A stretch of DNA of 64,000 nucleotides. Source: an uncultured Acidobacteriota bacterium. Lineage in GTDB: Bacteria > Acidobacteriota > Blastocatellia > RBC074. Where the stretch lies: NCBI GenBank assembly GCA_963796275.1, contig CAWCKY010000006.1, positions 1,920,001-1,984,000 on the forward strand, in the 5' to 3' direction. The notes beneath the pieces are model-generated. The model was not told where the DNA came from, did no database searches, and worked only from the letters and a program-made list of their open reading frames with translations. How positions within the stretch are numbered: position 1 is the stretch's first letter; each line of letters starts with the position of its first letter. Below are positions 9,873 to 19,740 of this stretch, piece by piece. Made by a program: the position numbers and the translations under genes.

Positions 9873-11279
9873 TTACCAGAAATGGGCAGCGAGCACCTTT
9901 GGTGGTCCGTTTGCCCCGGAAATCACCTTGGTGGAAAGTACTACCTGCATATTTTTGCGATACCAGTCGCGCGGCGCATGACTCAACGCCTCAGAAAAAT
10001 ATGCCTGATTCGTAAGGAACTCTCCTGCCGCGTGCGTGCCGTAATGCGTGATTCCGGCGGCGATCACGACCGTCTTTTCGGTCGTCGGATTGATGACTCG
10101 CGTAACGATGGCGTAATCAGACGGGATTTTCCAATGGGGCCACGAATTCACAACTTTCCAGTCGGTTTTTCCCGGATTCTGCCGGTCGTTGACGAATTCG
10201 GCACTGTTCCGGTAATCGATATCGAAGTAAAAACGCAGCTCGCCGGCCAAACTCATCGTCCACTCGTTATTGAATGCGCCGATCAGGACGCACGGTTTCG
10301 ATCTCAGGTCATCCAGCGAAATAGACCGAACGCCGCGTAACTGAGCATTATTGCCCCTTCTCGAAAACAGATTGGCAATCTCCGAGAACGCCTGCGCATC
10401 TCCCAGCCCGACATAACGATCCCACATTGGCACGACATCTAGCAGTGATAGAGTCGCAAGCTCCGGCGGCGGTTTTTGTCTTCCTGACCCGGCCGCTCCG
10501 CTCGCCCCGATCGCCTCACCTGTTTCGTTTGCCCCATTCTCCCCACTCGCCCCATTTGCTCTATTTGCTTCGGTTGTCCTGATTGCATCGTTTGCCCGGT
10601 TTGCCCTGTTTGCCGCGGTTGCCCCGTCTGTCCCGTCAGGCCCTGTTGTAAACCATTTCTCCAATTCGAGCTGTGCCTTCGAGTTGAAATTGTATGTCTT
10701 GGGCTGGCCTATGCATACGAGCACGTTTTCCTGCGGATCGAGCACCGGAGCCCAGAAGCGGTCCAAATCTGTTTTCCGTAAGCTCAGTGACAGAAACACA
10801 GCTGCCGCAATAGCGATTCCGGCAAATGCGACAAAGACCCATCTCAAATTGACGATCGAACGGCGTGCGACAACGGTCTCGATCTTTACCGCCGGCAGGT
10901 GAATCTCAGGAAGGTATGAACCGGCCGGTAGACTAATTCGGGGCTCATCCTCATGTCCCGGTTCAAGGTAATACTGCGCCAGCCGCTTGCGGACTTCTCC
11001 CGCCGTTGTGCGAACTACCGGATCCTGATTTGTATCGTAATGCGGATCCCGCTCGAATACCTCGATTCCCAACGCACGTTCCTTCAACCCTTCAAAGTGA
11101 TTCTCGCTGGCGCGTTCCACCACATATCGTAAAAATTGCGAACACCTCTTGCTTGACCGAAATTGTGGGCTTTCTAAGATTCTAGTTAGCTGCGCGAGGG
11201 CGGGCTGCCTGACCACTTCAGACCAGACTGAGGGAACTCCCTGGCTATCTCTACCTGAGTGTTTGTCGGATGGGCCCAT
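9873..11279 (-). CDS. Membrane-anchored one-component regulator-like protein (N-terminal DNA-binding-like domain, one TM helix, extracytoplasmic domain)
   Basis: LTRILESPQFRSSKRCSQFLRYVV..LKERALGIEVFER..DPVVRTTAGEVRKRLAQYY, then a hydrophobic helix; family common in Acidobacteria. Confidence 0.75.
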   Translation of the reverse strand: MGPSDKHSGRDSQGVPSVWSEVVRQPALAQLTRILESPQFRSSKRCSQFLRYVVERASENHFEGLKERALGIEVFERDPHYDTNQDPVVRTTAGEVRKRLAQYYLEPGHEDEPRISLPAGSYLPEIHLPAVKIETVVARRSIVNLRWVFVAFAGIAIAAAVFLSLSLRKTDLDRFWAPVLDPQENVLVCIGQPKTYNFNSKAQLELEKWFTTGPDGTDGATAANRANRANDAIRTTEANRANGASGENGANETGEAIGASGAAGSGRQKPPPELATLSLLDVVPMWDRYVGLGDAQAFSEIANLFSRRGNNAQLRGVRSISLDDLRSKPCVLIGAFNNEWTMSLAGELRFYFDIDYRNSAEFVNDRQNPGKTDWKVVNSWPHWKIPSDYAIVTRVINPTTEKTVVIAAGITHYGTHAAGEFLTNQAYFSEALSHAPRDWYRKNMQVVLSTKVISGANGPPKVLAAHFW

Positions 11280-11644
11280 GATAAAAATCCTATCATGCGG
11301 TTTCGTAGCATACTAAGTCAGAGGTACAGTACGTTCATGTTGAGCCACGATGGACCGTATGATTTAAAAGGACTTGCTTGTTGTATCACGTACAGTACCG
11401 TAAAACACTTGATATTTTCTTACCTTAAATGTAATGCCTCGATTGATTGTATATATCAACCCAGGCGTACAAACAATTAGAATCGGAAATTTACGACAAA
11501 AATCATAAAGGGACAAAAACACAAATTCGGTCAGAGTAAAAAACTACTCTTCCGTTCATTAGAACATTCCCTTTGGCGTCTTGCGTATTTGTTCCTTTTG
11601 CGATTTTTTATCTGAGGTTCAACAAAGCAAAGGAGAATGTATAT

Positions 11645-12920
11645 ATGTGTAACGCGGACCTATACAAAAATCGACGCAGGTCGCGAATTATGAAGACCTT
11701 GTTATTAGCGTTTTTCACATTGGCGATGGCTGTGACGGCAGCGGCGGCGCCGGTAGGACAGACGATCTGGATCAGGGGAATGGCAACTGGCAGGTATGTA
11801 TCGGCGGACCAAAACCGAGGCGCGTTTGCCCCGCTTGTAGCCGACCGTACGGCGCCCGGTGGGTGGGAACAGTTTCAGGTGATTGACGTTGGAGGAGGTT
11901 TTGTAGCGTTAAGGTCAGTCGGAAACGGCCGGTACGTTTCGGCAGAATCTTGACCGCGGCGCGTTTGCTCCGCTCGTTGCCGACCGTACTGCTGCGAGCA
12001 CTTGGGAGCACTTTGCATGGGCCGATCTTTCAAACGGCGCATTCACGATGAGAGGAAGGGTGACCGGGCGGTTTGTGTCTGCGGATATGAGCCGCGGTGC
12101 TTTTGCGCCGCTTGTCTCGGACCGTACGGCTGCCAGCAACTGGGAGACGTTTACCTGGGGTACGGTCTCCAGCACACCTCCGCCTCCGACTCCGGGAGCG
12201 CCTCCGGGATTCCCCACATTGGTCTGGTCTGATGAGTTCAATGGGTCGACGATCAATACGGCTAATTGGACTTACGACCTCGGGAACAGCGGTTTCGGTA
12301 ACAACGAGCTGCAGAATTATACAAATCGCGCGGAAAACGCACGCATTGAGAACGGAATGTTGGTGATCGAGGCTCGCCGGGAGAACCTCGGAGGGAGCGC
12401 CTATACATCGGCTCGACTGAAGACGCAAGACCGTCGATCCTTTGGTGTCAACACATGGGTCGAAGCGCGCATACAGTCACCTCAGGGGCAAGGCATATGG
12501 CCGGCCTTCTGGATGCTGGGCAACTCGATCAGCACGATCGGTTGGCCTTTTTGCGGAGAGATCGACATTATGGAGATACGAGGCCAGAACCCATTCCAGA
12601 ATGTCGGCACGATGCATTGGGAAGCCAACGGCTCGCACGCCTCATTTGGGACCACCATTAACTCACCTGTCTCTCTGGCTGCCGGGTTCCACACATTCGC
12701 TATTTCTCGCACCCCAACAGTCATGAGATGGTACCTGGACGGACAGCAATATCACGAAGCTAACATCGCGAACGGAATCAACAGCACCGGAGAGTTTCAG
12801 GACCAATTCTTTATCATCCTCAACGTTGCGGTGGGAGGCAATTTCGTCGGAAGCCCGAATGCCGGCACCCCCTTCCCGCAGCGGCTGCAGGTGGATTACG
12901 TCAGGGTCTGGGGGCAGTGA
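11645..12920 (+). CDS. Secreted GH16 beta-glucanase with N-terminal three-repeat fascin-like beta-trefoil; +1 frameshift near 11946
   Basis: GH16 motifs WSDEFNG and GEIDIME; three repeats GRYVSAD..RGAFAPLVADRTA..WE. Removing one A from GCAGAATCTT joins ORFs 11573-11953 and 12048-12920. Confidence 0.85.
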
Positions 12921-13213
12921 AACATAATATCAGGCGATAATGCAGTACAGGGGAAGCGACCTGAGCTATGGCGTGCTGCCATTTTATCAAAGTTCAGGTC
13001 GCTCTCGTAATGCCCCGTGCACTGAGGCCTTCATTACCCATACCGAATCGTCGATTGCAACATGGCGCGCCTCAACCACCTGCGCTTTGGCAGTGAACCG
13101 GCAACCTTTATAAAGCATATATCAACCTCATGGTTTGGCTTTTGCCGCGCCGCCTTATATCATTCCTCAACAAACCAGCCTAAGATACATTAGAAATCAA
13201 TCCGGAGGGATAA

Positions 13214-14779
13214 ATGAGAACCAGAATCGGAGTTTTTGGTTGGGGTATCGTTGCGCCGAAAGCCCCCAATATCGAGGCATTTGCTGAAAACCTGCAGTCA
13301 TCTGAGAGCTGGCTTGCTCCATTCAACGGCTTTGGGCCGGATAATTTCCTTGTCGGTAAACCTGAATTCAGTTTTGCGGATTATCGCGATTGGATCGATG
13401 CGCGGTTCCCTCCGAGACGGTTCATGCAGCTAGAGGAAAAGATGGATTTGCCGTCGCTCTATGCCATCGGCGCTTTCATACAAGCGCTCGGGCAGAATCG
13501 GGAGATGGAATCTGTCCTGCAACGGCTTGGAAGCCAGGCTCACATTTATATAGGCATGGGCTTGGGTAACATTGGAACCGTTCACAATGCCAGCATCGCG
13601 TTGGACCGGGCGCAGGGCACTTGGGATCGTTTCTGGGCCGATCCGTCTCGCAACATGGAATTGCGCAGATACCTGAGCGGCGAATCACCGCAGGATGTAA
13701 ATGCCCCGGCGGATCCCGCTGTGGTCGCCGAAAATGAAAGGGATGCAGCAGAACGTGAGTGGCGCCATTATTGGACCGGGCGTTCGAAGGAATTGGCGAT
13801 CTACCTGGAAGAACTGGCCGAAATCGAGAACCTGAGCATAGAGGGTGAGATCGAGAGCGGAAAACTCGGCGTGATCAGAGAGAAGAATAGGCTTCGCGCC
13901 AAATTGCAGAAAAAGTGGGACGCTCCGGATCCGCCGTGGCTGGTTTCCGCAGACGTTGTATGGAACATTCCCAACACTCCGGCAGCGCAGGTCTCCATGT
14001 TAGGGCAGATCACGGGATTTACATTCGCGCCGTCGGCGGCGTGTTCGACTTTCGGAGTCGCCCTCAAGCTCGCTTTGAAAGCGATAGAATCCGGAGACGC
14101 GAAGGCTGTTGTCGTAGGCGCGACCGATCCGCCACCGCATCCGTTAGTGGTCGGCGCTTTCTACAATGCCAGAGTCATATCTGCCGATCGGCGGGTCTCT
14201 GTGCCATTGACTCGCTTACAAGGAACGCACATATCGGGAGGATCCGTCGTTTGGATTGTCGCGGATTACGATTATATGACAGCTCTCGGGTTAAAACCTG
14301 TCGGCATGCAACCGCTTGCCGTCGGCGTCAGTTCCGACGCGCACCATATTATCACTCCGACTATTGACGGCCCCACTGCGGCAATCAACCAGGCCTTAAC
14401 TGATGCGAAAGTGCAAGCCGGCGATATACATACGTGGGACCTTCACGCGACCGCGACGCCGGGAGATCATAGCGAGATCAAGACAATGTCCGCTCTGTTT
14501 TCGCGGACAGTGCTGGTTACAGCGCGCAAAGGAACCTTCGGCCATGGAATGAGCGCCGGCGGCGGTTGGGAGCTTACGGCACAGTATCTCGGGTATGAGA
14601 GAGGTCGATTGTTCCCGACTCCGATCCGCCGAAGTGAGATCAATCCTTCCATTGCAGAGCTTCACGACTCGTTTGTACTCGAATCGGATTGCAAAGCGCC
14701 GGGCGGGCTGGCAGGGAAGCTGTCAATGGGGATCGGCGGCGTCAACGCGTGCATCATCTCCCGGCCCTGGAGGCGTTGA
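13214..14779 (+). CDS. Beta-ketoacyl synthase (FabF/FabB-like) with a large helical insertion
   Basis: Catalytic Cys-His-His: SAACSTF, DLHATAT, FGHGMSA; KLSMGIGGVNA. Confidence 0.85.
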   Translation: MRTRIGVFGWGIVAPKAPNIEAFAENLQSSESWLAPFNGFGPDNFLVGKPEFSFADYRDWIDARFPPRRFMQLEEKMDLPSLYAIGAFIQALGQNREMESVLQRLGSQAHIYIGMGLGNIGTVHNASIALDRAQGTWDRFWADPSRNMELRRYLSGESPQDVNAPADPAVVAENERDAAEREWRHYWTGRSKELAIYLEELAEIENLSIEGEIESGKLGVIREKNRLRAKLQKKWDAPDPPWLVSADVVWNIPNTPAAQVSMLGQITGFTFAPSAACSTFGVALKLALKAIESGDAKAVVVGATDPPPHPLVVGAFYNARVISADRRVSVPLTRLQGTHISGGSVVWIVADYDYMTALGLKPVGMQPLAVGVSSDAHHIITPTIDGPTAAINQALTDAKVQAGDIHTWDLHATATPGDHSEIKTMSALFSRTVLVTARKGTFGHGMSAGGGWELTAQYLGYERGRLFPTPIRRSEINPSIAELHDSFVLESDCKAPGGLAGKLSMGIGGVNACIISRPWRR

Positions 14780-15059
14780 CCGTGCCATCGATTCGTATTT
14801 GCGCCTGAGGCGCAGCGGAATGTAGCCGTGGTGAAGCGTAGCGTAAGACCAACCATAGTTATTGCTTTTGTAAGAGAAGTTTCCGCAGTTCAGAACATAA
14901 TTACTGGCGCAATGATCGTCAATTGCCCAAGATTTGATGGTAATGACAGCATCGGGCTTTCTTGGCTTTTATGCAAAACAGAAATATCCTCTCTTATTTT
15001 CTTGCCGGTGCTGCACGGGATGCGTAAGCGACCTGTACTCCACCATTCGTTGTTTCGAA

Positions 15060-15776
15060 TTAGTCTCTGAATCGATATTCATAATATCGACAAGCAGCGA
15101 CAGGGAGAATCGCCAGTAAAGGAATCAGTAAAACGAAGAGCGCGTGCTCCCAGAAATCATTTCCCTGGCGCCACGCGCCATTTACCAGCGGAACTCCCAA
15201 CATCATTGCGTAATACGCGAAGAGTGGGAATAACGATCGCCGGAACAGCCCTGCAGCCTTTTCCGAACTCATTTTTTCGCTGATCACGAACAGCAGCAGG
15301 AGAAATCCGAAGTAGACGAGGATGCCTTCGAGGCGATGGAGTTGTTCGGGGGGCAGCCAGCCGGCCCCCGCGGGAATCTTTTGCAGCCGCATCGCGATGG
15401 TTATCCGGGCCGTGTTCGCTACAATTGTGACGAGATAGGCGATCATAAACAGTGTCGGGATCAATACCCATGATGTGCCCGTCGACCGATCTCTCAATAG
15501 GTGTCCGATCGAAAGCACCAAGAATGCGGTGATCAAGAAATTGACGCCCGCGCAGGAGCCGGCGATCAGGAAACTGCGGTCACTGCTCAGATAACCTGCA
15601 TGTGATTCAAACTCGAACGAAACGCCGCTGGTGAATTCGACAAGCGCGGTGGTGGGAGCCAGTATCCAGCGCAGCTGGTTTGCGCTCGCCGCCGAGTAGT
15701 GCAGCTTGAGCATGAAAGCGCAAACCAGAATGACTACGCACTGTGCTATGCGGTTCCGGGTGCATCTCAGCTTCAT
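15060..15776 (-). CDS. xrtK: Exosortase, XrtK-like
   Basis: Multi-TM; LRWILAPT; catalytic C (GSCAGVNF), R (VANTARI), H (QLHRLEG); start overlaps the upstream stop (ATGA). Confidence 0.8.
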   Translation of the reverse strand: MKLRCTRNRIAQCVVILVCAFMLKLHYSAASANQLRWILAPTTALVEFTSGVSFEFESHAGYLSSDRSFLIAGSCAGVNFLITAFLVLSIGHLLRDRSTGTSWVLIPTLFMIAYLVTIVANTARITIAMRLQKIPAGAGWLPPEQLHRLEGILVYFGFLLLLFVISEKMSSEKAAGLFRRSLFPLFAYYAMMLGVPLVNGAWRQGNDFWEHALFVLLIPLLAILPVAACRYYEYRFRD

Positions 15777-17771
15777 ACAAATCGCCGCCTCCAGCGGAGA
15801 ATTATGATCGTTGCGAGCAGTATCGATGCAGCCATCAGCCAGAGCAGTTCGGGTTCACTTCCCTCCATTGTGCCACCGCCGACTGCCAGATCGCTCACTC
15901 CCAGTGGAAGCGGCAGCGGTTGGTTCACATCCTGAGCCGCCCCCTGGGTATTTCTCACCACTTCGTGAACCGCTATGAATGAGGTGTACCTGAGTCAATA
16001 GGTTATATTTCAAACCGAGGGAAGTGATCTCCTTGATCCGATCGTCGTCCAGATAGCTTGAGCCATAATCGGATAGTTCAGCGATACGTGAACGAGCCCA
16101 CAGATAACGCAATGCCCGATTGCCTTCATTTGCCTGTGCTCGGGCCACGTCAAAACGAGTCAGGTAATCTCCCTGTCCGGTTTTTCCCTGCAATTCGAAA
16201 GTCCCGATTGCCGGACCACGCCATTTGCCGAAGAGGATCACGGGACGCCGGGCGAAAAGATCGGGAAGTTGAGTCGGGTGCACGTCATATATCTCAAACC
16301 CGATGGAGCGTACCTTGATGTCGGTCAACACGGGAGTCTGAATATATTCACGGAATTTAGCCGCTATCGCGGAAGCTTCTTCCTCCTTTGTCACGATGAA
16401 CGGCTCGCCCATACCGGCCTTCGCCAACCCTTCGATGAGATAACGGTTGACTGATGAGCCGATGCCGAAGGAGAAGACGTTGCATTGATCGAGATTATCT
16501 CGAATATAATCGAAGACTCCCTTCTCGCCTGAAATATATCCGTCAGTTACCAGCACGATGCTGCGCGATATGTTGGGCTCGCGTGGCAGGCTCATTGCCT
16601 GTTTGACAGCCGCAAGTAGCTCGGTTCCTCCACCGCCCCGCTGTCCTTCGATCAGACGAATCGCATTGGCGATGTTTGGTTGATCGGCACGCAGAGAATT
16701 GGCGGATAGCACGCTGGAGTCTCCGGCGAACAGAACGACGTTGAACATATCCGATGGTCGCAATTTCCCGATCATATCTTGCAGAAGACGTTTGGCTGTA
16801 TTCAGCGGAAATCCATCCATCGAGCCGGAAATATCCACCACGAAAATGTACTCGCGGGCTGGTATGTCAGCGTTCGTTATCCGCTCCGGTGGTTGAGCCA
16901 TATAAAGAAAGAAGTTCTCGTCTTGACCCTGATAGAGAAGGAGGCCCGAAGCGATCTGGTCTCCCGATAAACGATAGCGGAGGATGAAGTCGCGTTCTCC
17001 ATGCGCTTGATCCGCATCGTCCAGGACGAGCTGGGCGATTGCCGGACTCTGCCATTGTTGAATGACCTGATGCGAAGTGCAGCTCAAGTCTCGGATGGGG
17101 ACGCCGGCTGCTATCCTGGCTGATATGCGAAGGTTGCTCGTGGGTTTTTCACCCTGATGAAGATAAGGAATCTTTAGCGAGCTATCCGCCTGCGGGGCCG
17201 AGGAATCAGGCTGAGGAGAATAGCGTGGCCCCACAACGGTAGGAAAAACCACTTCATAAATGCCGTCCGTCGGCGCCAACAGCTCGGTATAACGAAGCTC
17301 GATCTCGACCTGATCCCCGGGCATGATGTTGGCGAGGCTCATCGAAAAAACATTCGGTCTCTGTTGTTCCAGCAGCGATGCGCTCTTACCCTCCTGCTTG
17401 GCCTTGTCGAATTCCTGTTTTGCCTGTTCCCGCTCTTTGATTTTCGCGACGATAACTTGATCGCCGATGCGCATCCGCATCGAATAAACGGCAGCGCGCG
17501 TCGAAGCCGGAAAGACGTAACGCGCATTGATCGGCCGCGAACCTTCGTTTCGATATGTTTGCATCACCTTCACATCGGCGATGACGCCTGAGACGTCTAT
17601 TTGTACGCGGGTATCCTTGAGAGGCAGGAGGTCCAGACTCGGGTCTCCCTGAACGAAAAAATATGGCGAAAGAGTTTTTTCATTCTCAGTCTGCGCAGCA
17701 GCGGAGAAGGGAGAAAAAGCGATCGCGATCAGAACCAGACAGACAATTCGCACATTGTTTTGCATTATCAC
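15773..17771 (-). CDS. VIT + vWA domain protein with C-terminal SEP-CTERM-type sorting signal; frameshift near 15990
   Basis: VIT (ARYVFPASTRAAV, SLLEQQRPNVF) and MIDAS DISGS. Removing one base at CAGGTACAC gives LLTQYTSFIAVHEVVRN..MEGSEPELLWLMAASILLATIIILRWRRRFV. Confidence 0.88.
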
Positions 17772-18112
17772 CTCGGTTTAAGGAACTCAGATTATCAAGC
17801 TTATTAATGGGCACGCTTATTTCTAGTACCGGGTGATCCTAGGACAATTTGGGAATATGAATAATGCCAACCGCCACGGAATTGGGCCGTAATAACCACA
17901 GTCACTGGCTGGTGATTATCGGGTTTGAGGTGAGGGTATCTTCAGTGTCACCTTTTTTGCATGTCGATTGTTTCTCAGCTTAGAAATCCTTGCAGATTGA
18001 CACCTGTGATCCGACCGTGCTATTTACACGCGTATCTAAGTAATAGCTAATCCCTTCCAAGTAATACGGGAAGAGCCAGATAGATAGATCGGCCGAATCA
18101 ATCAAGGAGCAC

Positions 18113-19552
18113 ATGTCGATGAAAAACGGACCTATTCTATGGTTTTCGGGTTTGGGCATAGTACTCTTCGCCCCATTATTCCTGTCGCTGCGGAAAGGCA
18201 AATCGGGGAATATATCCTGGATATTTCTCGGAGTTCTCCTCTGCCTGGTAAATGCCGAATCGTACGCATTGCAGGGCAATATCAACTCGCATGATCCCTC
18301 AACGCTGGTTAAAGAAGGGAGATACTACTATCAATTCACCACCGGCAATGGGATATACTCCGCCTATTCCACCGATCTGATATTTTGGACAGCCTCTCCC
18401 AACACTGTTTTTCCCATCGGATCATGGCCTTCGTGGATCGACTCCGCGGTTCCCGGATTTAACGGCAATTTTTGGGCGCCGGATGTCATTGAGATGAACG
18501 GGAGATGGTACATCTATTATTCCTGCTCAACCTTTGGTTCGCCACGTTCAGCGATTGGTGTAGCGACCAGCAATAGTCTGGAAGGGCCGTGGGAAGATTT
18601 GGGAATGGTGGTTTCATCCAGCTCCGCGGCTGACATCAACGCTATCGATCCGGGCCTCTTCCGTGACACCGACGGCCGCGTCTACATGACCTATGGCTCT
18701 TTTTCTGGCGGCATCGGTGTGGTTGAAATTAACTCTCACACGGCCAAGAGAAAAAACGGCCATCAGGTTGTGAGAGTGGCGGGCGGCGGCGGAGCCGATT
18801 ATGAGGCGCCTTACCTGATCAAAGAGGGCAAGTACTATTACCTGTTCGTCAACCGTGGTTTTTGTTGCCGGGGCTCGAACAGCTCTTACTACATTCAGGT
18901 CGGACGCTCGTTGTGTCCAACCGGTCCTTATACGGGGTGGAGAACCGTACTCAGTTCATCCGGCAGGTATATCGGGCCCGGCCATTTCGGCCTCTTGCGT
19001 GACAACCGCGTCGACTATGTCTCTCTCCATTACTATGATGGCGATGATTTCGGAAGGCCGAAACTCGATATCCTGACGCTGAAGTTTGCCGGCGGCTGGC
19101 CCGTCTTAACTCGAGACTGGTTTGCTCACGGGCAATACCGAATAACCAATAAAAATAGTGATCTGGTGTGGGATGCCTGGGGCTGTACCGGTGTTGCCGG
19201 ACAAGCGATCGCGCAAGGCCCATGGGGCGATTTTATATGCCAGAAATGGTTTCTCTCGCCGCAGGGTGATGGCATCTACCGGATCGCCTCCGCCTTGGAA
19301 GGGCGCAGCGCGGATGTAATCAACTGCAATCCCGATAGCGGCGCGCCGGTTCATCTGTGGGACGGATTGAATAATAATTGCCAGAAATTCAAAATCGAAC
19401 GCGTTGCCGACGGCAGTTATGTTTTCACCTCGCTGACCGGCGCCAGAATCATAGAGACGCCGGATGCATCTACGGAACCAGGCGTCCAATTGAGACTGGG
19501 AGACTACAACGGTCACGATGCTCAAAAATGGGTCATCAATGCCTCGCCATAG
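18113..19552 (+). CDS. GH43 endo-arabinanase-like hydrolase with C-terminal ricin-B (CBM13) domain
   Basis: HDPS, WAPDV, NAIDP, EAPY, GPGH motifs; QKW/QKF trefoil repeats. Confidence 0.92.
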   Translation: MSMKNGPILWFSGLGIVLFAPLFLSLRKGKSGNISWIFLGVLLCLVNAESYALQGNINSHDPSTLVKEGRYYYQFTTGNGIYSAYSTDLIFWTASPNTVFPIGSWPSWIDSAVPGFNGNFWAPDVIEMNGRWYIYYSCSTFGSPRSAIGVATSNSLEGPWEDLGMVVSSSSAADINAIDPGLFRDTDGRVYMTYGSFSGGIGVVEINSHTAKRKNGHQVVRVAGGGGADYEAPYLIKEGKYYYLFVNRGFCCRGSNSSYYIQVGRSLCPTGPYTGWRTVLSSSGRYIGPGHFGLLRDNRVDYVSLHYYDGDDFGRPKLDILTLKFAGGWPVLTRDWFAHGQYRITNKNSDLVWDAWGCTGVAGQAIAQGPWGDFICQKWFLSPQGDGIYRIASALEGRSADVINCNPDSGAPVHLWDGLNNNCQKFKIERVADGSYVFTSLTGARIIETPDASTEPGVQLRLGDYNGHDAQKWVINASP

Positions 19553-19740
19553 ATTTGCGGAGAAAAGAGGCTGGCGCTCGAACCTGAGGCATAATCCAAA
19601 AGCGGCGCAGCGCGGGATTTCATTCGCGTCCACTACTGTATGTCGAATCAAGTGCAAGTGTGTCGTCAGTCCAGATATTCTTGTTAATCAGACCGAACCT
19701 GATATATTCTCCATCAAACCCAACATAAACAGGAGGGCCG

